Assembly: GCA_964016885.1 (NCBI GenBank) | Contig: OZ024743.1 | Location: 337,714,001-337,778,000, forward strand | Direction of reading: 5' to 3' | DNA length: 64,000 bases | DNA from: Eledone cirrhosa | Lineage: Eukaryota | Part shown: positions 41,401-56,300 of the stretch, piece by piece | Position numbering within the stretch: position 1 is the stretch's first letter | How the letters are laid out: each line of letters begins with the position of its first letter | Position numbers and translations under genes: made by a program | Notes under the pieces: generated by a model | What the model saw: only the letters and a program-made list of their open reading frames with translations | What the model was told of the DNA's origin: nothing | The model's database searches: none

Positions 41401-44270
41401 GATGAAACAGTAATATACTCTGCCTGGTTATTCTGTCTATTAAGTAGTTGAGGAGGTAGATGAAACAGTAATATACTCTGCCTGGTTATTCTGTCTATTA
41501 AGTAGTTGAGGAGGTAGATGTAACAGTAATATACTCTGGCTGATTATTATGTCCATTAAGTAGTTGAGGAGGTAGATGAAACAGTAATATACACTGCCTG
41601 GTTATTCTGTCTATTAAGTAGTTGAGGAGGTAGATGTAACAGTAATATACTCTGGCTGGTTATTCTGTCTATTAAGTAGTTGAGGAGGTAGATGTAACAG
41701 TAATATACTCTGGCTGGTTATTCTGTCCATGAAGTAGTTGACGAGGTAGATGAAACAGTAATATACTCTGGCTGGTTATTGTGTCTATTAAGTAGTTGAG
41801 GAGGTAGATGTAACAGTAATATACTCTGGCTGGTTATTCTGTCCATGAAGTAGTTGACGAGGTAGATGAAACAGTAATATACTCTGGCTGGTTATTCTGT
41901 CTATTAAGTAGTTGAGGAGGTACATGTAACAGTAATATACTCTGGCTGGTTATTTTGTCCATGAAGTAGTTGACGAGGTAGATGAAACAGTAATATACTC
42001 TGGCTGGTTATTCGGTCTATTAAGTAGTTGAGGAGGTAGATGAAACAGTAATATACTCTGGCTGGTTATTCTGTCTATTAAGTAGTTGAGGAGCTAGATG
42101 TAACAGTAATATACTCTGGCTGGTTATTCTGTCTATTAAGTAGTTGAGGAGGTAGATGAAACAGAAATATACTCTGCCTGGTTATTCTGTCTATTAAGTA
42201 GTTGAGGAGGTAGATGAAACAGTAATATACTCTGCCTGGTTATTCTGTCTATTAAGTAGTTGAGGAGGTAGATGAAACAGTAATATACTCTGCCTGGTTA
42301 TTCTGTCTATTAAGTAGTTGAGGAGGTAGATGAAACAGTAATATACTCTGCCTGGTTATTCTGTCTATTAAGTAGTTGAGGAGGTAGATGAAACAGTAAT
42401 ATACTCTGCCTGGTTATTCTGTCTATTAAGTAGTTGAGGAGGTAGATGAAACAGTAATATACTCTGGCTGGTTATTCTGTCCATGAAGTAGTTGAGGAGG
42501 TAGATGAAACAGTAATATACTCTGCCTGGTTATTCTGTCTATTAAGTAGTTGAGGAGCTAGATGAAACAGTAATATACTCTGGCTGGTTATTCTGTCTAT
42601 TAAGTAGTTGAGGAGGTAGATGAAACAGTAATATACTCTGGCTGGTTATTCTGTCCATGAAGTAGTTGAGGAGGTCGATGAAACAGTAATATACTCTGCC
42701 TGGTTATTCTGTCTATTAAGTAGTTGAGGAGGTAGATGAAACAGTAATATACTCTGCCTGGTTATTCTGTCTATTAAGTAGTTGAGGAGGTAGATGTAAC
42801 AGTAATATACTCTGGCTGGTTATTCTGTCCATTAAGTAGTTGAGGAGGTAGATGAAACAGTAATATACTCTGCCTGGTTATTCTGTCTATTAAGTAGTTG
42901 AGGAGGTAGATGTAACAGTAATATACTCTGGCTGGTTATTCTGTCTATTAAGTAGTTGAGGAGGTAGATGTAACAGTAATATACTCTGGCTGGTTATTCT
43001 GTCCATGAAGTAGTTGAGGAGGTAGATGAAACAGTAATATACTCTGGGTGGTTATTCTGTCTATTAAGTAGTTGAGGAGGTAGATGTAACAGTAATATAC
43101 TCTGGCTGGTTATTCTGTCCATGAAGTAGTTGACGAGGTAGATGAAACAGTAATATACTCTGGCTGGTTATTCTGTCTATTAAGTAGTTGAGGAGGTACA
43201 TGTAACAGTAATATACTCTGGCTGGTTATTCTGTCCACGAAGTAGTTGACGAGGTAGATGAAACTGTAATATACTCTGGCTGGTTATTCGGTCTATTAAG
43301 TAGTGGAGGAGGTAGATGAAACAGTAATATACTCTGGCTGGTTATTCTGTCTATTAAGTAGTTGAGGAGCTAGATGTAACAGTAATATACTCTGGCTAGT
43401 TATTCTGTCTATTAAGTAGTTGAGGAGGTAGATGAAACAGAAATATACTCTGCCTGGTTATTCTGCCTATTAAGTAGTTGAGGAGGTAGATGAAACAGTA
43501 ATATACTCTGCCTGGTTATTCTGTCTATTAAGTAGTTGAGGAGGTAGATGAAACAGTAATATACTCTGCCTGGTTATTCTGTCTATTAAGTAGTTGAGGA
43601 GGTAGATGAAACAGTAATATACTCTGCCTGGTTATTCTGTCTATATAGTAGTTGAGGAGGTAGATGAAACAGTAATATACTCTGCCTGGTTATTCTGTCT
43701 ATTAAGTAGTTGAGGAGGTAGATGAAACAGTAATATACTCTGGCTGGTTATTCTGTCTATTAAGTAGTTGAGGAGGTAGATGTAACAGTAATATACTCTG
43801 GCTGTTTATTCTGTCCATGAAGTAGTTGAGGAGCTAGATGTAACAGTAATATACTCTGGCTGGTTATTCTGTCTATTAAGTAGTTGAGGAGGTAGATGAA
43901 ACAGTAATATACTCTGGCTGGTTATTCTATCTATGATCTAGATGAGGAGGTAGATGAAACAGTAATATACTCTGGCTGGTTATTCTGTCTATTAAGTAGT
44001 TGACGATGTAGATGTAACAGTAATATACTCTGGCTGGTTATTCTGTCCATGAAGTAGTTTAGGAGGTAGATGAAACAGTAATATACACTGGCTGGTTATT
44101 CTGTCCATGAAGTAGTTGAGGAGGTAGATGTAACAGTAATATACTCTGGCTGGTTATTCTGTCCATGAAGTAGTTGAGGAGGTAGATGAAACAGTAATAT
44201 ACTCTGGCTGGTTATTCTGTCTATTAAGTAGTTGAGGAGGTAGATGTAACAGTAATATACTCTGGCTGGT
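35050..44270. repeat. Tandem duplication of a 79-monomer (4582 bp) block
   Basis: Markers at exactly 4582 bp: CTCTTGCTGG at 35912/40494, GGTCGATG at 38094/42676, CCACGAAG at 38656/43238, CTATCTATGATCTAG at 39347/43929. Confidence 0.92.
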
Positions 44271-47200
44271 TATTCTGTCCATGAAGTAGTTGAGGAGGTA
44301 GATGTAACAGTAGTATACTCTGGCTGGTTATTCTCTCTATTAAGTAGTTGAGGAGGTAGATGAAACAGTAATATACTCTGGCTGGTTATTCTGTCTATTA
44401 AGTAGTTGAGGAGGTAGATGAAACAGTAATATACTCTGCCTGGTTATTCTGTCTATTAAGTAGTTGAGGAGGTAGATGTAACAGTAATATACTCTGGCTG
44501 GTTATTCTGTGCATGAAGTAGTTGAGGAGGTAGATGTAACAGTAATATACTCTGGCTGGTTATTCTGTCTATTAAGTAGTTGAGGAGGTAGATGAAACAG
44601 TAATATACTCTGGCTGGTTATTCTGTCTATTAAGTAGTTGAGGAGGTAGATGTAACAGTAATATACTCTGGCTGGTTATTATGTCCATGAAGTAGTTGAG
44701 GAGGTAGATGTAACAGTAATATACTCTGGCTGGTTATTCTGTCTATGATCTAGATGAGGATGTAGATGAATCAGTAATATACTCTGGCTGGTTATTCTGT
44801 CTATTAAGTAGTTGAGGAGGTAGATGAAACAGTAATATACTCTGGCTGGTTATTCTGTCCATGAAGTAGTTGAGGAGGTAGATGTAACAGTAATATACTC
44901 TGGCTGGTTATTCTGTCTATGATCTAGATGAGGATGTAGATGAAACAATAATATACTCTGGCTGGTTATTCTGTCTATGAAGTAGTTGAGGAGGTAGATG
45001 AAACAGTAATATACTCTGGCTGGTTATTCTGTCTATTAAGTAGTTGAGGAGGTAGATGAAACAGTAATATACTCTGGCTGGTTATTCTGTCTATTAAGTA
45101 GTTGAGGAGGTAGATGAAACAGAAATATACTCTGCCTGGTTATTCTGTCTATTAAGTAGTTGAGGAGGTAGATGAAACAGTAATATACTCTGCCTGGTTA
45201 TTCTGTCTATTAAGTAGTTGAGGAGGTAGATGAAACAGTAATATACTCTGCCTGGTTATTCTGTCTATTAAGTAGTTGAGGAGGTAGATGAAACAGTAAT
45301 ATACTCTGCCTGGTTATTCTGTCTATATAGTAGTTGAGGAGGTAGATGAAACAGTAATATACTCTGGCTGGTTATTCTGTGTATTAAGTAGTTGAGGAGG
45401 TAGATGAAACAGTAATATACTCTGGCTGGTTATTCTGTCCATGAAGTAGTTGAGGAGGTAGATGAAACAGTAATATACTCTGCCTGGTTATTCTGTCTAT
45501 TAAGTAGTTGAGGAGGTAGATGAAACAGTAATATACTCTGGCTGGTTATTCTGTCCATGAAGTAGTTGAGGAGGTAGATGAAAAATTATAATACTCTGCC
45601 TGGTTATTCTGTCTAATAAGTAGTTGAGGAGGTAGATTTAACAGTAATATACTCTGGCTGGTTATTCTGTCCATGAAGTAGTTGAGGAGGTAGATGAAAC
45701 AGTAATATACTCTGGCTGGTTATTCTGTCCATGAAGTAGTTGAGGAGGTAGATGTAACAGTAATATACTCTGGCTGGTTATTCTGTCCATGAAGTAGTTG
45801 TGGAGGTAGATGTAACAGTAATATACTCTGGCTGGTTATTCTGTCCATGAAGTAGTTGAGGAGGTAGATGTAACAGTAATATACTCTGGCTGGTTATTCT
45901 GTCTATTAAGTAGTTGAGGAGGTAGATGTAACAGTAATATACTCTGGCTGGTTATTCTGTCCATGAAGTAGTTGAGGAGGTAGATGTAACAGTAATATAC
46001 TCTGGCTGGTTATTCTGTCTATTAAGTAGTTGAGGAGGTAGATGAAACAGTAATATACTCTGCCAGGTTATTCTGTCTATTAAGTAGTTAAGGAGGTAGA
46101 TGTAACAGTAATATACTCTGGGTGGTTATTCTGTCCATGAAGTAGTTGAGGATGTAGATGTAACAGTAATATACTCTGGCTGGTTATTCTGTCTATTAAG
46201 TAGTTGAGGAGGTAGATGAAACAGTAATATACTCTGGCTGGTTATTCTGTCTATTAAGTAGTTGAGGAGGTAGATGTAACAGTAATATACTCTGGCTGTT
46301 TATTCTGTCCATGAAGTAGTTGAGGAGCTAGATGTAACAGTAATATACTCTGGCTGGTTATTCTGTCTATTAAGTAGTTGAGGAGGTAGATGAAACAGTA
46401 ATATACTCTGGCTGGTTATTCTATCTATGATCTAGATGAGGAGGTAGATGAAACAGTAATATACTCTGGCTGGTTATTCTGTCTATTAAGTAGTTGACGA
46501 TGTAGATGTAACAGTAATATACTCTGGCTGGTTATTCTGTCCATGAAGTAGTTTAGGAGGTAGATGAAACAGTAATATACACTGGCTGGTTATTCTGTCC
46601 ATGAAGTAGTTGAGGAGGTAGATGTAACAGTAATATACTCTGGCTGGTTATTCTGTCCATGAAGTAGTTGAGGAGGTAGATGAAACAGTAATATACTCTG
46701 GCTGGTTATTCTGTCTATTAAGTAGTTGAGGAGGTAGATGTAACAGTAATATACTCTGGCTGGTTATTCTGTCCATGAAGTAGTTGAGGAGGTAGATGTA
46801 ACAGTAGTATACTCTGGCTGGTTATTCTGTCTATTAAGTAGTTGAGGAGGTAGATGAAACACTAATATACTCTGGCTGGTTATTCTGTCTATTAAGTAGT
46901 TGAGGAGGTAGATGAAACAGTAATATACTCTGCCTGGTTATTCTGTCTATTAAGTAGTTGAGGAGGTAGATGTAACAGTAATATACTCTGGCTGGTTATT
47001 CTGTCCATGAAGTAGTTGAGGAGGTAGATGTAACAGTAATATACTCTGGCTGGTTATTCTGTCTATTAAGTAGTTGAGGAGGTAGATGAAACAGTAATAT
47101 ACTCTGGCTGGTTATTCTGTCTATTAAGTAGTTGAGGAGGTAGATGTAACAGTAATATACTCTGGCTGGTTATTATGTCCATGAAGTAGTTGAGGAGGTA

Positions 47201-47399
47201 GATGTAACAGTAATATACTCTGGCTGGTTATTCTGTCTATGATCTAGATGAGGATGTAGATGAATCAGTAATATACTCTGGCTGGTTATTCTGTCTATTA
47301 AGTAGTTGAGGAGGTAGATGAAACAGTAATATACTCTGGCTGGTTATTCTGTCCATGAAGTAGTTGAGGAGGTAGATGTAACAGTAATATACTCTGGCT

Positions 47400-50300
47400 G
47401 GTTATTCTGTCTATGATCTAGATGAGGATGTAGATGAAACAATAATATACTCTGGCTGGTTATTCTGTCTATGAAGTAGTTGAGGAGGTAGATGAAACAG
47501 TAATATACTCTGGCTGGTTATTCTGTCTATTAAGTAGTTGAGGAGGTAGATGAAACAGTAATATACTCTGGCTGGTTATTCTGTCTATTAAGTAGTTGAG
47601 GAGGTAGATGAAACAGTAATATACTCTGGCTGGTTATTCTGTCTATGATCTAGATGAGGAGGTAGATGAAACAGTAATATACTTTGGCTGGTTATTCTGT
47701 CTATTAAGTAGTTGAGGAGGTAGATGAAACAGTAATATACTCTGGCTGGTTATTCTGTCTATGATCTAGATGAGGAGGTAGATGAAACAGTAATATACTC
47801 TGGCTGGTTATTCTGTCTATTAAGTAGTTGAGGAGGTAGATGAAACAGTAATATACTCTGGCTGGTTATTCTGTCTATGATCTAGATGAGGAGGTAGATG
47901 AAACAGTAATATACTCTGGCTGGTTATTCTGTCTATTAAGTAGTTGAGGAGGTAGATGAAACAGTAATATACTCTGGCTGGTTATTCTGTCTATTAAGTA
48001 GTTGAGGAGGTAGATGAAACAGTAATATACTCTGGCTGGTTATTCTGTCTATGATCCAGATGAGGATGTAGATGAAACAGTAATATACTCTGGCTGGTTA
48101 TTCTGTCTATTAAGTAGTTGAGGAGGTAGATGAAACAGTAATATACTCTGGCTGGTTATTCTGTCTATAAAGTAGTTGAGGAGGTAGATGAAACAGTAAT
48201 ATACTCTGGCTGGTTATTCTGTCTATGATCTAGATGAGGATGTAGATGAAACAGTAATATACTCTGGCTGGTTATTCTGTCTATTAAGTAGTTGAGGAGG
48301 TAGATGAAACAGTAATATACTCTGGCTGGTTATTCTGTCTATTAAGTAGTTGAGGAGGTAGATGTAATAGTAATATACTCTGGCTGGTTATTCTGTCTAT
48401 TAAATAGTTGAGGAGGTAGATGAAACAGTAATATACTCTGGCTGGTTATTCTGTCTATTATGTAGTTGAGGAGGTAGATGAAACAGTAATATACTCTGGC
48501 TGGTTATTCTGTCTATTAAGTAGTTGAGGAGGTAGATGTAACAGTAATATACTCTGGCTGGTTATTCTGTCTATTAAGTAGTTGAGGAGGTAGATGTAAC
48601 AGTAATATACTCTGGCTGGTTATTCAGTCTATTAAGTAGTTGAGGAGGTAGATGAAACAGTAATATACTCTGGCTGGTTATTATGTCTATTAAGTAGTTG
48701 AGGAGGTAGATGAAGCAGTAATATACTCTGGCTGGTTATTCTGTCTATTAAGTAGTTGAGGAGGTAGATGAAACAGTAATATACTCTGCCTGGTTATTCT
48801 GTCTATTAAGTAGTTGAGGAGGTAGATGTAACAGTAATATACTCTGGCTGGTTATTCTGTCCATGAAGTAGTTGAGGAGGTAGATGTAACAGTAATATAC
48901 TCTGGCTGGTTATTCTGTCTATTAAGTAGTTGAGGAGGTAGATGAAACAGTAATATACTCTGGCTGGTTATTCTGTCTATTAAGTAGTTGAGGAGGTAGA
49001 TGAAACAGTAATATACTCTGGCTGGTTATTATGTCCATGAAGTAGTTGAGGAGGTAGATGTAACAGTAATATACTCTGGCTGGTTATTCTGTCTATGATC
49101 TAGATGAGGATGTAGATGAAACAATAATATACTCTGGCTGGTTATTCTGTCTATGAAGTAGTTGAGGAGGTAGATGAAACAGTAATATACTCTGGCTGGT
49201 TATTCTGTCTATTAAGTAGTTGAGGAGGTAGATGAAACAGTAATATACTCTGGCTGGTTATTCTGTCTATTAAGTAGTTGAGGAGGTAGATGAAACAGTA
49301 ATATACTCTGGCTGGTTATTCTGTCTATGATCTAGATGAGGAGGTAGATGAAACAGTAATATACTTTGGCTGGTTATTCTGTCTATTAAGTAGTTGAGGA
49401 GGTAGATGAAACAGTAATATACTCTGGCTGGTTATTCTGTCTATGATCTAGATGAGGAGGTAGATGAAACAGTAATATACTCTGGCTGGTTATTCTGTCT
49501 ATTAAGTAGTTGAGGAGGTAGATGAAACAGTAATATACTCTGGCTGGTTATTCTGTCTATGATCTAGATGAGGAGGTAGATGAAACAGTAATATACTCTG
49601 GCTGGTTATTCTGTCTATTAAGTAGTTGAGGAGGTAGATGAAACAGTAATATACTCTGGCTGGTTATTCTGTCTATTAAGTAGTTGAGGAGGTAGATGAA
49701 ACAGTAATATCCTCTGGCTGGTTATTCTGTCTATGATCCAGATGAGGATGTAGATGAAACAGTAATATACTCTGGCTGGTTATTCTGTCTATTAAGTAGT
49801 TGAGGAGGTAGATGAAACAGTAATATACTCTGGCTGGTTATTCTGTCTATAAAGTAGTTGAGGAGGTAGATGAAACAGTAATATACTCTGGCTGGTTATT
49901 CTGTCTATGATCTAGATGAGGATGTAGATGAAACAGTAATATACTCTGGCTGGTTATTCTGTCTATTAAGTAGTTGAGAAGGTAGATGAAACAGTAATAT
50001 ACTCTGGCTGGTTATTCTGTCTATTAAGTAGTTGAGGAGTTAGATGTAATAGTAATATACTCTGGCTGGTTATTCTGTCTATTAAATAGTTGAGGAGGTA
50101 GATGAAACAGTAATATACTCTGGCTGGTTATTCTGTCTATTATGTAGTTGAGGAGGTAGATGAAACAGTAATATACTCTGGCTGGTTATTCTGTCTATTA
50201 AGTAGTTGAGGAGGTAGATGTAACAGTAATATACTCTGGCTGGTTATTCTGTCTATTAAGTATTTGAGGAGGTAGATGTAACAGTAATATACTCTGGCTG

Positions 50301-53300
50301 GTTATTCAGTCTATTAAGTAGTTGAGGAGGTAGATGAAACAGTAATATACTCTGGCTGGTTATTATGTCTATTAAGTAGTTGAGGAGGTAGATGAAGCAG
50401 TAATATACTCTGGCTGGTTATTCTGTCTATTAAGTAGTTGAGGAGGTAGATGAAACATTAATATACTCTGGCTGATTATTATGTCCATGAAGTAGTTGAG
50501 GAGCTAGATGTAACAGTAATATACTCTGGCTGGTTATTCTGTCTATTATGTAGTTGAGGAGGTAGATGAAACAGTAATATACTCTGGCTGGTTATTCTGT
50601 CTATTAAGTAGTTAAGGAGGTAGATGTAACAGTAATATACTCTGGGTGGTTATTCTGTCCATGAAGTAGTTGAGGATGTAGATGTAACAGTAATATACTC
50701 TGGCTGGTTATTCTGTCTATTAAGTAGTTGAGGAGGTAGATGAAACAGTAATATACTCTGGCTGGTTATTCTGTCTATTAAGTAGTTGAGGAGGTAGATG
50801 TAACAGTAATATACTCTGGCTGTTTATTCTGTCCATGAAGTAGTTGAGGAGCTAGATGTAACAGTAATATACTCTGGCTGGTTATTCTGTCTATTAAGTA
50901 GTTGAGGAGGTAGATGAAACAGTAATATACTCTGGCTGGTTATTCTATCTATGATCTAGATGAGGATGTAGATGAAACAGTAATATACTCTGGCTGGTTA
51001 TTCTGTCTATTAAGTAGTTGACGATGTAGATGTAACAGTAATATACTCTGGCTGGTTATTCTGTCCATGAAGTAGTTTAGGAGGTAGATGAAACAGTAAT
51101 ATACACTGGCTGGTTATTCTGTCCATGAAGTAGTTGAGGAGGTAGATGTAACAGTAATATACTCTGGCTGGTTATTCTGTCCATGAAGTAGTTGAGGAGG
51201 TAGATGAAACAGTAATATACTCTGGCTGGTTATTCTGTCTATTAAGTAGTTGAGGAGGTAGATGTAACAGTAATATACTCTGGCTGGTTATTCTGTCCAT
51301 GAAGTAGTTGAGGAGGTAGATGTAACAGTAGTATACTCTGGCTGGTTATTCTGTCTATTAAGTAGTTGAGGAGGTAGATGAAACAGTAATATACTCTGGC
51401 TGGTTATTCTGTCTATTAAGTAGTTGAGGAGGTAGATGAAACAGTAATATACTCTGCCTGGTTATTCTGTCTATTAAGTAGTTGAGGAGGTAGATGTAAC
51501 AGTAATATACTCTGGCTGGTTATTCTGTCCATGAAGTAGTTGAGGAGGTAGATGTAACAGTAATATACTCTGGCTGGTTATTCTGTCTATTAAGTAGTTG
51601 AGGAGGTAGATGAAACAGTAATATACTCTGGCTGGTTATTCTGTCTATTAAGTAGTTGAGGAGGTAGATGTAACAGTAATATACTCTGGCTGGTTATTAT
51701 GTCCATGAAGTAGTTGAGGAGGTAGATGTAACAGTAATATACTCTGGCTGGTTATTCTGTCTATGATCTAGATGAGGATGTAGATGAATCAGTAATATAC
51801 TCTGGCTGGTTATTCTGTCTATTAAGTAGTTGAGGAGGTAGATGAAACAGTAATATACTCTGGCTGGTTATTCTGTCCATGAAGTAGTTGAGGAGGTAGA
51901 TGTAACAGTAATATACTCTGGCTGGTTATTCTGTCTATGATCTAGATGAGGATGTAGATGAAACAATAATATACTCTGGCTGGTTATTCTGTCTATGAAG
52001 TAGTTGAGGAGGTAGATGAAACAGTAATATACTCTGGCTGGTTATTCTGTCTATTAAGTAGTTGAGGAGGTAGATGAAACAGTAATATACTCTGGCTGGT
52101 TATTCTGTCTATTAAGTAGTTGAGGAGGTAGATGAAACAGTAATATACTCTGGCTGGTTATTATGTCCATGAAGTAGTTGAGGAGGTAGATGTAACAGTA
52201 ATATACTCTGGCTGGTTATTCTGTCTATGATCTAGATGAGGATGTAGATGAAACAATAATATACTCTGGCTGGTTATTCTGTCTATGAAGTAGTTGAGGA
52301 GGTAGATGAAACAGTAATATACTCTGGCTGGTTATTCTGTCTATTAAGTAGTTGAGGAGGTAGATGAAACAGTAATATACTCTGGCTGGTTATTATGTCC
52401 ATGAAGTAGTTGAGGAGGTAGATGTAACAGTAATATACTCTGGCTGGTTATTCTGTCTATGATCTAGATGAGGATGTAGATGAAACAATAATATACTCTG
52501 GCTGGTTATTCTGTCTATGAAGTAGTTGAGGAGGTAGATGAAACAGTAATATACTCTGGCTGGTTATTCTGTCTATTAAGTAGTTGAGGAGGTAGATGAA
52601 ACAGTAATATACTCTGGCTGGTTATTCTGTCTATTAAGTAGTTGAGGAGGTAGATGAAACAGTAATATACTCTGGCTGGTTATTCTGTCTATGATCTAGA
52701 TGAGGAGGTAGATGAAACAGTAATATACTTTGGCTGGTTATTCTGTCTATTAAGTAGTTGAGGAGGTAGATGAAACAGTAATATACTCTGGCTGGTTATT
52801 CTGTCTATGATCTAGATGAGGAGGTAGATGAAACAGTAATATACTCTGGCTGGTTATTCTGTCTATTAAGTAGTTGAGGAGGTAGATGAAACAGTAATAT
52901 ACTCTGGCTGGTTATTCTGTCTATGATCTAGATGAGGAGGTAGATGAAACAGTAATATACTCTGGCTGGTTATTCTGTCTATTAAGTAGTTGAGGAGGTA
53001 GATGAAACAGTAATATACTCTGGCTGGTTATTCTGTCTATTAAGTAGTTGAGGAGGTAGATGAAACAGTAATATCCTCTGGCTGGTTATTCTGTCTATGA
53101 TCCAGATGAGGATGTAGATGAAACAGTAATATACTCTGGCTGGTTATTCTGTCTATTAAGTAGTTGAGGAGGTAGATGAAACAGTAATATACTCTGGCTG
53201 GTTATTCTGTCTATAAAGTAGTTGAGGAGGTAGATGAAACAGTAATATACTCTGGCTGGTTATTCTGTCTATGATCTAGATGAGGATGTAGATGAAACAG

Positions 53301-56300
53301 TAATATACTCTGGCTGGTTATTCTGTCTATTAAGTAGTTGAGAAGGTAGATGAAACAGTAATATACTCTGGCTGGTTATTCTGTCTATTAAGTAGTTGAG
53401 GAGGTAGATGTAATAGTAATATACTCTGGCTGGTTATTCTGTCTATTAAATAGTTGAGGAGGTAGATGAAACAGTAATATACTCTGGCTGGTTATTCTGT
53501 CTATTATGTAGTTGAGGAGGTAGATGAAACAGTAATATACTCTGGCTGGTTATTCTGTCTATTAAGTAGTTGAGGAGGTAGATGTAACAGTAATATACTC
53601 TGGCTGGTTATTCTGTCTATTAAGTATTTGAGGAGGTAGATGTAACAGTAATATACTCTGGCTGGTTATTCAGTCTATTAAGTAGTTGAGGAGGTAGATG
53701 AAACAGTAATATACTCTGGCTGGTTATTATGTCTATTAAGTAGTTGAGGAGGTAGATGAAGCAGTAATATACTCTGGCTGGTTATTCTGTCTATTAAGTA
53801 GTTGAGGAGGTAGATGAAACATTAATATACTCTGGCTGATTATTATGTCCATGAAGTAGTTGAGGAGCTAGATGTAACAGTAATATACTCTGGCTGGTTA
53901 TTCTGTCTATTATGTAGTTGAGGAGGTAGATGAAACAGTAATATACTCTGGCTGGTTATTCTGTCTATTAAGTAGTTAAGGAGGTAGATGTAACAGTAAT
54001 ATACTCTGGGTGGTTATTCTGTCCATGAAGTAGTTGAGGATGTAGATGTAACAGTAATATACTCTGGCTGGTTATTCTGTCTATTAAGTAGTTGAGGAGG
54101 TAGATGAAACAGTAATATACTCTGGCTGGTTATTCTGTCTATTAAGTAGTTGAGGAGGTAGATGTAACAGTAATATACTCTGGCTGTTTATTCTGTCCAT
54201 GAAGTAGTTGAGGAGCTAGATGTAACAGTAATATACTCTGGCTGGTTATTCTGTCTATTAAGTAGTTGAGGAGGTAGATGAAACAGTAATATACTCTGGC
54301 TGGTTATTCTATCTATGATCTAGATGAGGATGTAGATGAAACAGTAATATACTCTGGCTGGTTATTCTGTCTATTAAGTAGTTGACGATGTAGATGTAAC
54401 AGTAATATACTCTGGCTGGTTATTCTGTCCATGAAGTAGTTTAGGAGGTAGATGAAACAGTAATATACACTGGCTGGTTATTCTGTCCATGAAGTAGTTG
54501 AGGAGGTAGATGTAACAGTAATATACTCTGGCTGGTTATTCTGTCCATGAAGTAGTTGAGGAGGTAGATGAAACAGTAATATACTCTGGCTGGTTATTCT
54601 GTCTATTAAGTAGTTGAGGAGGTAGATGTAACAGTAATATACTCTGGCTGGTTATTCTGTCCATGAAGTAGTTGAGGAGGTAGATGTAACAGTAGTATAC
54701 TCTGGCTGGTTATTCTGTCTATTAAGTAGTTGAGGAGGTAGATGAAACAGTAATATACTCTGGCTGGTTATTCTGTCTATTAAGTAGTTGAGGAGGTAGA
54801 TGAAACAGTAATATACTCTGCCTGGTTATTCTGTCTATTAAGTAGTTGAGGAGGTAGATGTAACAGTAATATACTCTGGCTGGTTATTCTGTCCATGAAG
54901 TAGTTGAGGAGGTAGATGTAACAGTAATATACTCTGGCTGGTTATTCTGTCTATTAAGTAGTTGAGGAGGTAGATGAAACAGTAATATACTCTGGCTGGT
55001 TATTCTGTCTATTAAGTAGTTGAGGAGGTAGATGTAACAGTAATATACTCTGGCTGGTTATTATGTCCATGAAGTAGTTGAGGAGGTAGATGTAACAGTA
55101 ATATACTCTGGCTGGTTATTCTGTCTATGATCTAGATGAGGATGTAGATGAATCAGTAATATACTCTGGCTGGTTATTCTGTCTATTAAGTAGTTGAGGA
55201 GGTAGATGAAACAGTAATATACTCTGGCTGGTTATTCTGTCCATGAAGTAGTTGAGGAGGTAGATGTAACAGTAATATACTCTGGCTGGTTATTCTGTCT
55301 ATGATCTAGATGAGGATGTAGATGAAACAATAATATACTCTGGCTGGTTATTCTGTCTATGAAGTAGTTGAGGAGGTAGATGAAACAGTAATATACTCTG
55401 GCTGGTTATTCTGTCTATTAAGTAGTTGAGGAGGTAGATGAAACAGTAATATACTCTGGCTGGTTATTCTGTCTATTAAGTAGTTGAGGAGGTAGATGAA
55501 ACAGTAATATACTCTGGCTGGTTATTCTGTCTATGATCTAGATGAGGAGGTAGATGAAACAGTAATATACTTTGGCTGGTTATTCTGTCTATTAAGTAGT
55601 TGAGGAGGTAGATGAAACAGTAATATACTCTGGCTGGTTATTCTGTCTATGATCTAGATGAGGAGGTAGATGAAACAGTAATATACTCTGGCTGGTTATT
55701 CTGTCTATTAAGTAGTTGAGGAGGTAGATGAAACAGTAATATACTCTGGCTGGTTATTCTGTCTATGATCTAGATGAGGAGGTAGATGAAACAGTAATAT
55801 ACTCTGGCTGGTTATTCTGTCTATTAAGTAGTTGAGGAGGTAGATGAAACAGTAATATACTCTGGCTGGTTATTCTGTCTATTAAGTAGTTGAGGAGGTA
55901 GATGAAACAGTAATATACTCTGGCTGGTTATTCTGTCTATGATCCAGATGAGGATGTAGATGAAACAGTAATATACTCTGGCTGGTTATTCTGTCTATTA
56001 AGTAGTTGAGGAGGTAGATGAAACAGTAATATACTCTGGCTGGTTATTCTGTCTATAAAGTAGTTGAGGAGGTAGATGAAACAGTAATATACTCTGGCTG
56101 GTTATTCTGTCTATGATCTAGATGAGGATGTAGATGAAACAGTAATATACTCTGGCTGGTTATTCTGTCTATTAAGTAGTTGAGGAGGTAGATGAAACAG
56201 TAATATACTCTGGCTGGTTATTCTGTCTATTAAGTAGTTGAGGAGGTAGATGTAATAGTAATATACTCTGGCTGGTTATTCTGTCTATTAAATAGTTGAG

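Noticed and set aside
49700-54400. Duplication of exactly 58 monomers of 58 bp
   Set aside because: This is a numerical coincidence. Other block sizes (15, 16, 20, 22, 29, 35, 44, 79, 83) show no preferred value.
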